Shown here: positions 17,077 to 27,567 of the stretch, piece by piece
Position numbering within the stretch: position 1 is the first letter of the stretch
How the letters are laid out: the number at the start of each line of letters is the position of its first letter
Program-made: the position numbers and the translations under genes
Notes under the pieces: model-generated
Told to the model about the DNA's origin: nothing
Database searches by the model: none
What the model saw: the letters and a program-made list of their open reading frames with translations, nothing else
DNA from: Chitinophagales bacterium
GTDB lineage: Bacteria; Bacteroidota; Bacteroidia; Chitinophagales; UBA2359
Direction of reading: 5' to 3'
NCBI GenBank assembly: GCA_049613665.1
Contig: JBMZCV010000010.1
Coordinates: 1-52,035, forward strand
Length of the DNA: 52,035 nt

Positions 17077-17718
17077 TTAAACTGCCTCCAAACACATTCC
17101 CCTTGTCAAGACACTTTTTTTGAAATATACAATGTCATACGACAATTTATTGCTATTCCAAATAGCTTCTAAAAAAAGCGGATAGTGCAAGTTTCCACAA
17201 CTATTTCTAAATTCATTAGAGTTTTTACCTCTTGGCGGATGCAACTGAAAGTTATTGCTAGTAATAATGCCTTCATCTCTTTTTTTATACCAAACAGCAC
17301 ACATTTTGCGAAAAAAAGGGTCTTTAGGTGGCCGAACAAGCCAAACTCTGCATCTTTCGCTTTTATGTTTAGGTTCATTATCCCACAAAACAAAAATAAG
17401 TTTTGGCATAGTATCTAAATAAGATAAATTACCAGAATATTCGCTTTTTGTACCTGCTTTAATAACGCCATTAAAGCGTGGTGTATCAATTGCTCCCCAT
17501 GTATTAGCACCTTTTACATCTGAGCCATCAAGTAAATCAGGGCCTTTTTTTCGCCCATATCCTTCTATTCCTGTTAGCAAACTAGCTAATATTTGAGACC
17601 AAGCTCTTGTATCAGTTGGCGTAGGCTGTTTTGTTGCTTTTGCATAAGGTTCGACAGCAAAAAATGATTGATGGTGTAAATTAAGAAATGTAAGCACTTC
17701 CCTCAAATCTGTATTCAT
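17077..17718 (-). CDS. Candidate cognate restriction endonuclease of unknown family.
   Basis: 213-aa ORF convergent with the methylase and separated from it by a 3-nt gap. It has no recognisable family; GPDLLDGSDVKG is a weak PD-(D/E)xK-like pattern. The call rests on position. Confidence 0.4.
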   Translation of the reverse strand: MNTDLREVLTFLNLHHQSFFAVEPYAKATKQPTPTDTRAWSQILASLLTGIEGYGRKKGPDLLDGSDVKGANTWGAIDTPRFNGVIKAGTKSEYSGNLSYLDTMPKLIFVLWDNEPKHKSERCRVWLVRPPKDPFFRKMCAVWYKKRDEGIITSNNFQLHPPRGKNSNEFRNSCGNLHYPLFLEAIWNSNKLSYDIVYFKKSVLTRGMCLEAV

Positions 17719-17865
17719 TGGTTATGTTTTTTGATGGCTAAAATATACTCTTCCTTTCATTTCTCAAAATAAAAAAACGAGCATATCAGCCACTTATTTT
17801 TCGAGAAATAAAAAGCTAATACACTCGCACATTTTAATGCTTTATTTTTTTTGAAGCAAAAAAGC

Positions 17866-18750
17866 TTATCCGATAAACTCGCCTTTCAAAGCTCTAGCCA
17901 TCGTCAAACCAATGATAGCTGGCGACTCTACTACTTGAATGCCACACTGACGCATGATTTCCATTTTGGCAGCAGCCGTATCGTCTTTTCCGCCGATAAT
18001 AGCACCTGCATGTCCCATTCTACGGCCTGGAGGAGCTGTTTGACCAGCAATAAAACCGACAACAGGTTTTGTAGCATTGGCTTTAATCCAATTTGCTGCG
18101 TCAGCTTCCATTTGTCCACCGATTTCGCCAATCATAATGATACCTTCTGTGTCTGGGTCGTTCATCAACAATTCGACAGCATCTTTTGTGGTAGTGCCAA
18201 TAATTGGGTCGCCACCAATGCCGATGCAAGTAGATTGTCCCAAGCCTTCTTTGGTTACTTGATCAACTGCTTCGTAAGTCAAAGTACCAGAACGAGATAC
18301 AATACCGATAGTACCTGGACGATGAATGAAGCCTGGCATAATACCTACTTTCGCTTCGCCTGGTGTCATAATACCTGGGCAGTTAGGGCCTATTAAGCGG
18401 CTTTTTTTACCTGCTAGATAAGACTTTACCTTTACCATATCTTGCACAGGAATACCCTCTGTAATAGCAACAATCACTTCAATGCCAGCGTCGGCAGCTT
18501 CCATAATGGCATCGGCCGCAAAACGTGGAGGCACGAAAATAATGGATACATTTGCTCCCTCATTGCTTACTGCATCAGAAACAGTATTGAAAACAGGACG
18601 TTCTAGGTGTATCAAACCACCTTTTCCTGGTGTTACACCACCTACTACATTTGTGCCGTATTCAATCATTTGACCAGCGTGAAAAGAACCTTCACGGCCA
18701 GTAAAACCTTGAACAATAACTCTTGAATGTTTATTTACTAATACGCTCAT
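17866..18750 (-). CDS. sucD: Succinate--CoA ligase subunit alpha.
   Basis: 294-aa ORF with strong family similarity across [25 protein letters not shown] and the CoA-binding and His-loop regions. Confidence 0.9.
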   Translation of the reverse strand: MSVLVNKHSRVIVQGFTGREGSFHAGQMIEYGTNVVGGVTPGKGGLIHLERPVFNTVSDAVSNEGANVSIIFVPPRFAADAIMEAADAGIEVIVAITEGIPVQDMVKVKSYLAGKKSRLIGPNCPGIMTPGEAKVGIMPGFIHRPGTIGIVSRSGTLTYEAVDQVTKEGLGQSTCIGIGGDPIIGTTTKDAVELLMNDPDTEGIIMIGEIGGQMEADAANWIKANATKPVVGFIAGQTAPPGRRMGHAGAIIGGKDDTAAAKMEIMRQCGIQVVESPAIIGLTMARALKGEFIG

Positions 18751-18987
18751 GAAATATGTATTCTATATAAATTTAAAATTTTCTATTTTTGTTTTACAAA
18801 TATCAACTTTTTTCCAGAGTTGGTTTTTGCGATGCGAAATTACAATAATTTAAGGTATTTTTAAAACTTGATAAAAATTTTGTCGTGAAATTGGTAGTTT
18901 TTTTAAATTTGAAAATAGCTACTTTTTATTTTTTCGGCAAAAACTATATAAAAAGCAGCTTGAGATACTTCCCAAACTGCTTTTTTT

Positions 18988-19080
18988 GTTAGCACTATTT
19001 AATAAACGGTCGATTCGTTGCTAACGCATTGATGTTCAGCGTGTTAGCTTCAACGAGATGTATATTTATTTTTGTCTGAC
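18988..19080 (+). repeat. Intergenic repeat family R, copy 1 (core AGCACTATTTAATAAACGGTCGATTCGTTGCTAACGCATTGAT...CTTCAACGAGATGT).
   Basis: About 95% identical to the reverse complement of 51168-51266. Related copies lie at 27495, 29085, 30430, 31874, 33441, 45473 and 48052. Confidence 0.75.
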
Positions 19081-19084
19081 TACT

Positions 19085-20314
19085 CTAATACATTTTTTCT
19101 GAATAAGCAGGTTTCAAAGGCAAGCCAAAGTTTTTTGATTTCGCAAAATTCAGCAAAATTTCAAGTTTTGTTTCCTCAACTTCAGGGCAAAAAAGATTGA
19201 GCTTTTTATACAACGCTTGCAAATTGTCGGTATTAAATTTTATTTTCTCCTGAATAAGATAGGGTGTCAAAAAAACACCAACTACATTATGATAAGTGCT
19301 TTCCAAATTATTTAAGTCTTTTGGCATTTTATCAACAAATGAGTAACCTGTAATGTTTAATACCTTAAAAATTTGCTGAACACACCATTCAGTAGGTGTT
19401 TCTTCTTCATTAACCAAGTGAAAATAATCGCCTTCTAGGTTTTGTATGCAGGTTTGATACAATATTTTGGCGGCAAAATCTACGGGAATAATATTTATGC
19501 CCGAATTTAAATCAGCTAAAACACGAAGTTTTACCTCTAGTTCTTCGTCATAAATCGATTCTGTATTATTTTTACAAACCATCGTTTTCCAATGAAGGAA
19601 AAAAGCAGCCCAGCCATAAAAAACATCAAACTTCGGTATTGCTCCTATTTCGTTTTCCAATAGTCTGCCGCTAATCGTAGTTGGTCTAAATATCCGACAG
19701 CGAAGTCCTGTACGGTCTTGATAGGCTTTTACTAATATTTCGGCTTGCAATTTACTTCTTTCATAAGGATTTCTAAATTTTTGGTCTAAATTTACATAAT
19801 CTGGCTGAATTTCGTTGTAAGTAGCTCCACAAACATAAGCCGTACTGACATAATCAAACTCTTTAACATCTAATTTGGAAACTAAATTTAAAAGATTTTC
19901 TGTACCTTTTACATTGATTTGATGCAGTTTTGCAATATTTTCGGCACTATTTTTAAAATTAGAAAAAGCAGCAAGGTGCATAAAATAATGAATTGTTTTT
20001 CCTTTCAATTTATTCAATTCATCATTACTGATTAATTCGTCATTGGTTAGTTCAATATTGACAAAATGAACTTTTGTATCAAAAAACACCTTTAATTCTG
20101 GTAATTTATCGGAACTCGCTGCCAAATAATCAAGCCCGTCATTAAAAAAGATGTCTTTCATACGCTCAGACAAAGTTTGTTGAGCCGATGAGCGTCCCAA
20201 AATAATTAATTCAATACTATCAAGCTGATGCAAGTTATCTTTAACAATTTCAAAAAATACATTTCTACCAAAAAATCCTGTGACTCCTGTTAATGCAAAT
20301 ACTTTATTCGCCAT
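19085..20314 (-). CDS. SDR-type NAD(P)-binding reductase (NAD_binding_4 / thioester or fatty acyl reductase-like).
   Basis: 409-aa ORF with N-terminal ALTGVTGFFGRNV matching the TGxTGFLG motif. Confidence 0.55.
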   Translation of the reverse strand: MANKVFALTGVTGFFGRNVFFEIVKDNLHQLDSIELIILGRSSAQQTLSERMKDIFFNDGLDYLAASSDKLPELKVFFDTKVHFVNIELTNDELISNDELNKLKGKTIHYFMHLAAFSNFKNSAENIAKLHQINVKGTENLLNLVSKLDVKEFDYVSTAYVCGATYNEIQPDYVNLDQKFRNPYERSKLQAEILVKAYQDRTGLRCRIFRPTTISGRLLENEIGAIPKFDVFYGWAAFFLHWKTMVCKNNTESIYDEELEVKLRVLADLNSGINIIPVDFAAKILYQTCIQNLEGDYFHLVNEEETPTEWCVQQIFKVLNITGYSFVDKMPKDLNNLESTYHNVVGVFLTPYLIQEKIKFNTDNLQALYKKLNLFCPEVEETKLEILLNFAKSKNFGLPLKPAYSEKMY

Positions 20315-20746
20315 TTTTAATTGTTTAATAGCTGTTTACTTGAAAAGCAAGTTTCTACTTATTCAAGCAAACAAGAGTTAGTAATAAAGGTTGTTTTATG
20401 TGTATTTATTGCACATATTTTGAGTAAATTTACATTCATTTTATATGAAATATGCTTTTTTTCTATTAAAAAAAAGAAACTTGATGAGTCATAGGCTAAC
20501 ATTTTAAATACTGCAAAAATATTTTTTTATCTTTTGTTTTCGTTTTAATACAATTCATTATAACATTAAAATAAAACGGAAATTATTAATCCGTAGCAAC
20601 AAAAAAAACATTTTTCCAAAAAAATTAAAACCCTTTTTTTCCCAAAAGTGTAATAAAAGCAATAGATTAGCGACATATTGAGTAGAAAGTATTAATTTTG
20701 TTATTTCTTTTCATTATTTCAAAAAAAGTAAACTAAATATAAACCT

Positions 20747-21928
20747 ATGGATTTCGATAGCTGGCAAAAAAAACAAGGCAATACGAATGTTAAAGCAAAA
20801 GAGCAAAAACCAAAAGCAAAGCAAAAGTCGTGGAAACGAGAGTTGTTAGAGTTGGCTATTATTGCATTTATTATCGTTCCGCTCATCAATATTTTCGTGT
20901 TGCAATCTTATGCTATTCCGACTTCTTCTATGGAAAATGAAATGTTGGTAGGCGACAAACTTTTTGTTAGCAAATTTCATTATGGTGCAAGAGTGCCGAT
21001 GACTCCTATTGCATTTCCGTATGTGCACAATACTTTGTTTGGCTCGCCATCTTATACCGAAGCTGTCAAATTGCCATATAAAAGACTGCCTGGCATTGCT
21101 CCTTTGAAGCGAAACAACATCGTGGTATTCAATTATCCAGGCGATGTGAAATATGATATTCCTGTCGATAAGCGAGAAAATTATGTGAAGCGTTGTGTGG
21201 CAGTAGCTGGCGATGAAATTCAAGTGATTGAAGGCGAAGTTTTTATAAATGGCGAAAAAGGCGAAAAGCTGAGAAATCTACAACATGCCTACCAAGTTAT
21301 GACGACAAATGAACCTTTCAATCCGAAAAAAATAAAAGAATTGGGCGTTTCAGAAGTCTATCGTTTTCCGAAACGTGGCAATGAACCTGCTATTCCAATT
21401 TCAAAACTCGGTGGTGTGAAAGCTTCTGCTTATACTTTTATGCTGACCGAAAAAGCAGCAGCAGCTTTAGAAAAAATGAGCAATGTGCAAGTTGTCAAAA
21501 GAATGATACAGCCTGTCGAAGCAGCAGATGTATATATTTTTCCTCGTGACGAGCGTTTTGCGTGGAATGTCGATAATTTTGGCCCTGTTTATTTGCCAAA
21601 AGCTGGCGAAAGTATCAAATTGGACTCTACCAACTTTGCGATTTACGAATATCATATTCGCAACTACGAAGGCGAAAAAGATATTACTTTCAAAAATAAT
21701 CAAGCTTATCTCAACGGAAAAGCCATTGAAAGTTATACTTTTAAACAAAATTACTACTTTATGATGGGCGACAACCGACACAATTCGGCCGACTCTCGCT
21801 ATTGGGGTTTTGTGCCAGAAGACCATATCGTGGGCAAACCAATTTTCGTGTGGCTTTCTACCGAAAAAGATGCCACAGGTTGGTCTGACTGGGTGCGTTG
21901 GGGAAAAAGTATGAGAACTGTTCAATAG
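20747..21928 (+). CDS. lepB: Signal peptidase I, paralog 1.
   Basis: Catalytic Ser motif SSMENEMLVGDKLFVSK and the Lys box [24 protein letters not shown]. Confidence 0.85.
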   Translation: MDFDSWQKKQGNTNVKAKEQKPKAKQKSWKRELLELAIIAFIIVPLINIFVLQSYAIPTSSMENEMLVGDKLFVSKFHYGARVPMTPIAFPYVHNTLFGSPSYTEAVKLPYKRLPGIAPLKRNNIVVFNYPGDVKYDIPVDKRENYVKRCVAVAGDEIQVIEGEVFINGEKGEKLRNLQHAYQVMTTNEPFNPKKIKELGVSEVYRFPKRGNEPAIPISKLGGVKASAYTFMLTEKAAAALEKMSNVQVVKRMIQPVEAADVYIFPRDERFAWNVDNFGPVYLPKAGESIKLDSTNFAIYEYHIRNYEGEKDITFKNNQAYLNGKAIESYTFKQNYYFMMGDNRHNSADSRYWGFVPEDHIVGKPIFVWLSTEKDATGWSDWVRWGKSMRTVQ

Positions 21929-22406
21929 TTTTTAATTTTTAGTGATGAGTTTTTAGTTCAATGGTTCTGACAATTTTTATGACATCATTTTATATAATTG
22001 TTAATTATAACAAGTGTTTTTTTATCAAAAAAACACCATTTTTCAATAAAACCTGTCAAATGGAGTATCGAATTTAAGCATAACAAGAATATTGTTTTTC
22101 GCTCCAAAAAGTGCCAAATAAACTATAAAACAGGTATGAGTTTTCAACTCGTGCTGGTACACTTTTTTGTTGATTTTTTTTAAATATTAAGACTTATTAT
22201 TTTGTCATTTCTTACAAAAAATAGGGCGAATGTTTATAAAAAAACACCATGAAATTCGACAGCCCACCTGTCAGATTTTCCCAAAAAGGGATAAATATCC
22301 GAACCTTTATTAGTTAAAAAAAGAATTAAAAACATTTTTAAAATAACAAAAAAGCTTATAAATTTAACAGAGTTAATTTATAAGCTTTTCTATATATAAT
22401 AATACA

Positions 22407-23639
22407 ATGACAACTCCTTCTGATTCGAGTGTTGAACCTAACGAAAAACCGATTAAAAAGAAGCCAAAACCGCTTTGGCGTGAATGGTTTGATGCCTTGT
22501 TTTTCGCTATTATTGCGGCCACCATCATCCGCACTTTTTTCATTGAAGCCTACACTATTCCGACTTCTTCGATGGAAAAAACTATGCTTGTAGGCGATTA
22601 TCTTTTTGTTAGCAAGCTAAATTATGGTGCAAGAGTGCCAATGACACCGCTTTCGTTTCCTTTCGCACATCATACGATGCCTTTTACGGGTGGCAAATCA
22701 TATAGCGAAGCTTTGAAATTGCCTTATTGGAGACTGCCTGGTTTTCAAGATATAAAACGCAACGATATTATTGTTTTCAATTATCCGATGGAAAGTATGC
22801 GGCCTGTCGATAAGCGAGAAAACTATATCAAACGTTGTGTTGGGTTGCCAAGTGATACGCTACAAATCGTGAATCGGCAGTTGCTCATCAACAACGATAA
22901 ATCGGAAGATATGGGCAATATGCAGTTTAATTATTTTGTGCGAACAAACGGCAATCACATCAATAAAAACGATTTATTTAAGCTAAATATCACAGAAGGT
23001 GGTTTGAACGAAGCCACCGATAGTTTCAATTTGTATAAATATGCTTTGACGCTCGAAAGTCTGGAAAAGATGTCGAAATTTAAGAATGTCGTCAAAATAG
23101 ATACCGTTATGCGTGACAAAGGTATTTATAGCGAAGAGGTGTTTCCGCTTTATCCAAAATTGATGCAAATGGCTCATGCCGAACATCATAATCAAGATAC
23201 GATAACTAAAGTTTCTAAGCAAATTATGAAAAGTTTTGCGTGGAATATCGACAACTTTGGCCCTTTGGTAGTGCCAGCGAAAGGCGACACGGTAGAACTA
23301 AACTTAGAAAATATTTATTTGTATGAACGCATTATTAGGGTGCATGAACACAATGATTTGCAGTTTAACAATGACCAAATACGCATCAATGGCAAGGTGG
23401 CGACTTCTTATGTTTTCAAGATGAATTATTATTTTATGATGGGCGACAACCGACACAATTCGGCGGACTCTCGCTATTGGGGTTTTGTGCCAGAAGACCA
23501 TATCGTGGGCAAAGGCTGGCTAGTGTGGCTCTCGCTAAAACCGATAAATCTCAATCGCAAGGCTGGCTTTTTTAGCAAATATGTGTTTAAAGGGAAAGAA
23601 GTGCGTTGGGATAGGTTTTTTAAGTGGATACATGAGTAA
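22407..23639 (+). CDS. lepB: Signal peptidase I, paralog 2.
   Basis: [17 protein letters not shown] and [24 protein letters not shown]. The second motif is almost nucleotide-identical to paralog 1 over 79 nt. Confidence 0.85.
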   Translation: MTTPSDSSVEPNEKPIKKKPKPLWREWFDALFFAIIAATIIRTFFIEAYTIPTSSMEKTMLVGDYLFVSKLNYGARVPMTPLSFPFAHHTMPFTGGKSYSEALKLPYWRLPGFQDIKRNDIIVFNYPMESMRPVDKRENYIKRCVGLPSDTLQIVNRQLLINNDKSEDMGNMQFNYFVRTNGNHINKNDLFKLNITEGGLNEATDSFNLYKYALTLESLEKMSKFKNVVKIDTVMRDKGIYSEEVFPLYPKLMQMAHAEHHNQDTITKVSKQIMKSFAWNIDNFGPLVVPAKGDTVELNLENIYLYERIIRVHEHNDLQFNNDQIRINGKVATSYVFKMNYYFMMGDNRHNSADSRYWGFVPEDHIVGKGWLVWLSLKPINLNRKAGFFSKYVFKGKEVRWDRFFKWIHE

Positions 23640-23817
23640 AATCACTTAAAAGGCTCAATAGTGGTAGGTTTTATACCTACCAAAACCATATTTTTACAAA
23701 AACAAATAATCAGCGAAAAACATAAGCGGTTTGTTCTAAAAAAAATGGATTAGAAATGTATTTATCAGAATTATATAAAAAACATATTATTATAATAAGA
23801 ACTTTCTCGTGCTAAAA

Positions 23818-24522
23818 CTACATATCTATCCGATAAACCACCCTCGGATAATCCAAAATATTCACCTTCTTTTTCGTCAGTTGTCGGATAGCATCTCGTG
23901 CAATCCACTTTGCGGCCTTGCTATCTAGTTCCAAGATTTCGTGAGCCTGTACCAAAGCCATTTTATGCAAATCAACATTTCGTTTGCCTATATTTCGCAA
24001 AGCCCAATTTACTGCTTTTTTTACATACTGCCGCTCATCTGTCGCCGCTTGCTTTATGAGTGCGAAAAACTGTTCAAAAACTTCATTTTCGGCTTTTTTA
24101 TCAGCCATACAATAAGCCGCCATCGTTGCGAAAGCTGCTCTTTTTTCAAACTCGGCAGGCCGCAAATACCATTCATTTATTTTTGCAACAGCAAATTCAC
24201 TTTTCGCAAACAAACCCATAGAAAACGAGTCGCAAACCTCCCAATTTTCGAAAGTTTGCACCCATTTTTCCATCAATTCTTCCGTTATCTCTTTTGGCGA
24301 AAACAATTTGCTACACAAAATTCTAGCCTCATAAATACCGCTATCAAACAGTTTTATGGCTAATTCGTTGTTTTTGCCTATTGTTTTCGCCAAAATTTTC
24401 AAATCTTTGTGATAAATGCCAAGTGCATTTTTGGAAACTATGCCAAACTTTTTTTCTTTCAAAAGCACTTTTTCGGCATTTCCCAAATGACGCAACTCCG
24501 CTATTATTTCATCAAAAGTCAT
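23818..24522 (-). CDS. DNA alkylation repair enzyme (AlkC/AlkD-like HEAT-repeat glycosylase family).
   Basis: 234-aa all-helical ORF whose length and layout fit the DNA_alkylation family. Confidence 0.55.
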   Translation of the reverse strand: MTFDEIIAELRHLGNAEKVLLKEKKFGIVSKNALGIYHKDLKILAKTIGKNNELAIKLFDSGIYEARILCSKLFSPKEITEELMEKWVQTFENWEVCDSFSMGLFAKSEFAVAKINEWYLRPAEFEKRAAFATMAAYCMADKKAENEVFEQFFALIKQAATDERQYVKKAVNWALRNIGKRNVDLHKMALVQAHEILELDSKAAKWIARDAIRQLTKKKVNILDYPRVVYRIDM

Positions 24523-24539
24523 ACTTATAATCTTGATAT

Positions 24540-26684
24540 TTATCGTATTTTTGCTACTTTAAAAATCGTTTTTTCGCCTGCTACTTCTACTCGTACCAAA
24601 AACACGCCTACTGTAAATTGGTCTTTATCTATCGCAATTCGGCCTCCGCCTTCATAGCTAGATTCATGCACTAATCGGCCTTGCAAATCGAAAATTCTGA
24701 CATTTGAACCTTCTGTTTCTGCTGGCAATTCGAGAATCATATCGCCACGCCCACGCAAAAAGCGGTCGGTATTTATCATGCGAATTTCGCTACCTTCATA
24801 CTCGCCATAACATTCTTCAATACTTTTTACAGTTACTAAAACTTCATCTGTGTATAATACATTTTCTTCATCTATCACATTCAAAGTATAAAGCGTTGTT
24901 TCGTCTGTGGTCGCAAAAGGTCGTACTGCTGTGCTATCGTTCAGGCTAATGCCTGGCGACCAATAAATTTGTGCATTATCAGCAATAGCCATATTTTCGC
25001 TGCCAAGTTGTATAGTGTCGCCCAAGCAAATTTCGGCAGGCAAGCCTGCATCTAACAAGAAATCAACTAAACCACGATTGAGCAAATGTTGATATACAAT
25101 CGTACTATATTCGCCACCATAAAGTTGTTGTTCCGTAACCAACAAAACACTCGCTGCTGTTTTCATATTGATGTTTGCCGAAAAATTGAACATGGCTTCA
25201 ATGACTAATCTATCTGTTATTTCTTGCCCCAAATCCGTCCAAATTTCCATTAAAACAGCCGAAAAAATCTCCGATTGATAATAAATATCATGGATTAAAT
25301 CTTCTGGATAATGCTTATCTGTTGCTACATTTCTGCCTTCCCAAAACTCATTGTGGCCGTCCCAGCTAAACATTTCTTCCCAATTGTAAGGATTAATGCT
25401 TCGAGAGTAAGAAGTCGCAAAATAATCGCCCACAGCCTCGTCAATAGCAGTACGCTCTACACCCGAATTGCAATTTTCGCAAACATCATTCGAAATAGCA
25501 TGACCATATTCATGTATAATTACATCGGCATCTTCTGCATCATCTACATGAAATGTTTCGCCATAATGGCCATCGCCAAAAGTAAGCCGATGATTGCCAT
25601 TTTGGAAGGTATAAAAAGATTGGTCAGCACCATTTTGTGCGTGTGTATCTGCCAAAACCATTTTATTCAATACATTGTCGAAACCTAAACCTTGTATGTG
25701 TTCTTGATAGCTATGCACATGATAAAAAGTATTTATATCTTCAAAACCATCATGCGAGCGAGTCAATTGAAAATCGCCTGTACTACTCGTATAAGGAATT
25801 ACACTTGGCGAACTCCAATTATCAATTTTTATATAAGGGCTCTCCAATTTATACAAACCATTTTCAAACAAAACCTCTATTTCTACACTTTTTAGCTCGG
25901 CTGTCAATTCTGGCGTATCTTCATTTTGAGCATTGCGATACTCACCATTTTCTCCATAAGAAGCTTCAGCAGAGGTAACTGGGTCTGGCAAAAACACATT
26001 GGCCGTTACGGTTTCTGTTGTGGCTGGCTTTGGTTTAAAATAAGTATGTAAATCTTTTTTATAAAGTGTATTTCCTTTATTGTCTATAAAATATACATCA
26101 AAAATATTTTCTTCATGATTAAAACCTTTAATTTGCAACACATAATGAGCTGCATTTTCACTTTCAAACAAAAGCATTAATTCTGTTTTTTCATCTTGTT
26201 TCAAATGCTTTTTACTCAAAAAATCATTTGTCAAAACTGCTTTTTTAGTGGCTAAATTCTCTTTTTCTTCCTTTAAGTTTTTGACAACTTTGCTCATATC
26301 ATACAGATTCTGAATCACAGAAACGATATTGCCATCAACATCTAATTTCACTTTAACATAAGAGTTATAAATAGGAATATCTTTGTAAACTTGCCGAAAA
26401 GTATAATAAACACCTGTCATACTTTCTTTTTCATTCACAAATTTTAGATTGACATCATCATATTTTAGATTTTCTATACTTTGTTTTAAGTAATTTGCTA
26501 CATCATTTTTATCGAAACTACTAAGCGAAACAATATTAAAATCGCTTGTTGCAATGCGGCTTTCAGTATAATGAGTTGCTAAGTTTTCTGTTTGATTTCC
26601 TTGTTTGCTTTGTCCTCGCAACACATTGGAAGAATAAAGAAATAGGCTTATTAAAACAAAAAACAAAAACGATATTTTATTCAT
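24540..26684 (-). CDS. Secreted HExxH zinc metalloprotease with a T9SS C-terminal sorting domain.
   Basis: Signal peptide MNKISFLFFVLISLFLYSS and the motif VIIHEYGHAI. The C-terminal roughly 80 aa (IRMINTDRFLRGRGDMILELPAETEGSNVRIFDLQGRLVHE...FLVRVEVAGEKTIFKVAKIR) is typical of Por_Secre_tail. The longer ORF extending to 26783 is probably a false extension. Confidence 0.7.
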   Translation of the reverse strand: MNKISFLFFVLISLFLYSSNVLRGQSKQGNQTENLATHYTESRIATSDFNIVSLSSFDKNDVANYLKQSIENLKYDDVNLKFVNEKESMTGVYYTFRQVYKDIPIYNSYVKVKLDVDGNIVSVIQNLYDMSKVVKNLKEEKENLATKKAVLTNDFLSKKHLKQDEKTELMLLFESENAAHYVLQIKGFNHEENIFDVYFIDNKGNTLYKKDLHTYFKPKPATTETVTANVFLPDPVTSAEASYGENGEYRNAQNEDTPELTAELKSVEIEVLFENGLYKLESPYIKIDNWSSPSVIPYTSSTGDFQLTRSHDGFEDINTFYHVHSYQEHIQGLGFDNVLNKMVLADTHAQNGADQSFYTFQNGNHRLTFGDGHYGETFHVDDAEDADVIIHEYGHAISNDVCENCNSGVERTAIDEAVGDYFATSYSRSINPYNWEEMFSWDGHNEFWEGRNVATDKHYPEDLIHDIYYQSEIFSAVLMEIWTDLGQEITDRLVIEAMFNFSANINMKTAASVLLVTEQQLYGGEYSTIVYQHLLNRGLVDFLLDAGLPAEICLGDTIQLGSENMAIADNAQIYWSPGISLNDSTAVRPFATTDETTLYTLNVIDEENVLYTDEVLVTVKSIEECYGEYEGSEIRMINTDRFLRGRGDMILELPAETEGSNVRIFDLQGRLVHESSYEGGGRIAIDKDQFTVGVFLVRVEVAGEKTIFKVAKIR

Positions 26685-26865
26685 AATGAAAAAGTTTTTA
26701 TAAGTATAAAAATCAACATTTTTTGGATAGATAACAGCGACTTCTTGAACAAAAAAAGTTAGAAACAAGTTTTTTTCGGACAAAAAAGACGTAATTTAAC
26801 TTTTTTTGTGGCTGACAATAACTAAAAAAGCGTAATTTTGCTTTTTTTAAATTAAAAAATTTATC

Positions 26866-27435
26866 ATGCCAGCATTAGAAACAATTGATATTCCTTTGGG
26901 CTTCGCAGCACCAGATTTTAATTTGTTAGACACTGTTTCGGGTGAAACAAAAAATTTACAAAGCTTAAAAGGCGAAAAAGCAACTGTTGTTATGTTCATT
27001 TGCAATCATTGTCCTTTTGTTATTCATATCGCCGAGCAATTATCTCAACTTGCAAACGATTATACTAACAAAGGTATTGCTTTTATCGCAATTAGTAGCA
27101 ACGATGTCGAAAAATATCCTGCTGATAGTCCTGAAAAAATGACGATTTTTGCCGAACAGTATGACTTTTCATTTCCATACTTATACGACGAAACGCAAGC
27201 AATAGCTAAAGCTTACAAAGCAGTTTGCACGCCAGATTTTAGCATTTTCGATGCAAATTTAAGTTGTGTTTATCGTGGACAATTGGATGATTCACGGCCT
27301 GGAAAGCACACGCCTATTACAGGAAACGATATTCGTCAAGCTTTAGATGCCATTTTAGCCGAAAAAGTTGTCAGCGATATGCAAAAACCTAGCATTGGTT
27401 GCAGCATTAAGTGGAAAGGAACAGCTCCTTATTAA
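26866..27435 (+). CDS. Thioredoxin-fold (redoxin/AhpC-TSA-like) protein with a CxxC motif.
   Basis: 189-aa ORF containing FICNHCPFV. Confidence 0.55.
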   Translation: MPALETIDIPLGFAAPDFNLLDTVSGETKNLQSLKGEKATVVMFICNHCPFVIHIAEQLSQLANDYTNKGIAFIAISSNDVEKYPADSPEKMTIFAEQYDFSFPYLYDETQAIAKAYKAVCTPDFSIFDANLSCVYRGQLDDSRPGKHTPITGNDIRQALDAILAEKVVSDMQKPSIGCSIKWKGTAPY

Positions 27436-27494
27436 AAAAATGGTTTAGATTTTACCACAAAAAAGCAATGACATACCTTAGCGATATGTCATTG

Positions 27495-27565
27495 CTTGAA
27501 AAATATATTTGTGAGGAAACCGATTAAATCGTACCTTGATATTTAAATGATGCTTGGCATTTGGA
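27495..27565 (-). repeat. Diverged copy of intergenic repeat family R.
   Basis: The reverse complement reads CCAAATGCCAAGCATCATTTAAATA...TACGATTTAATCGG. Confidence 0.35.
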
Positions 27566-27567
27566 TA

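Noticed and set aside
17169-17418. Overlapping ORFs on both strands inside the candidate restriction endonuclease gene.
   Set aside because: They are nested within the 213-aa ORF, which has the better length and operon context.
21998-22183. 61-aa ORF between the two lepB genes.
   Set aside because: It has no conserved features and an A/T-rich, low-complexity translation. It is most likely the non-coding promoter region of the second lepB.
26685-26783. N-terminal 33-aa extension of the metalloprotease ORF.
   Set aside because: A typical signal peptide begins at the internal Met (MNKISFLFFVLISLF), so the upstream extension is unlikely to be translated.
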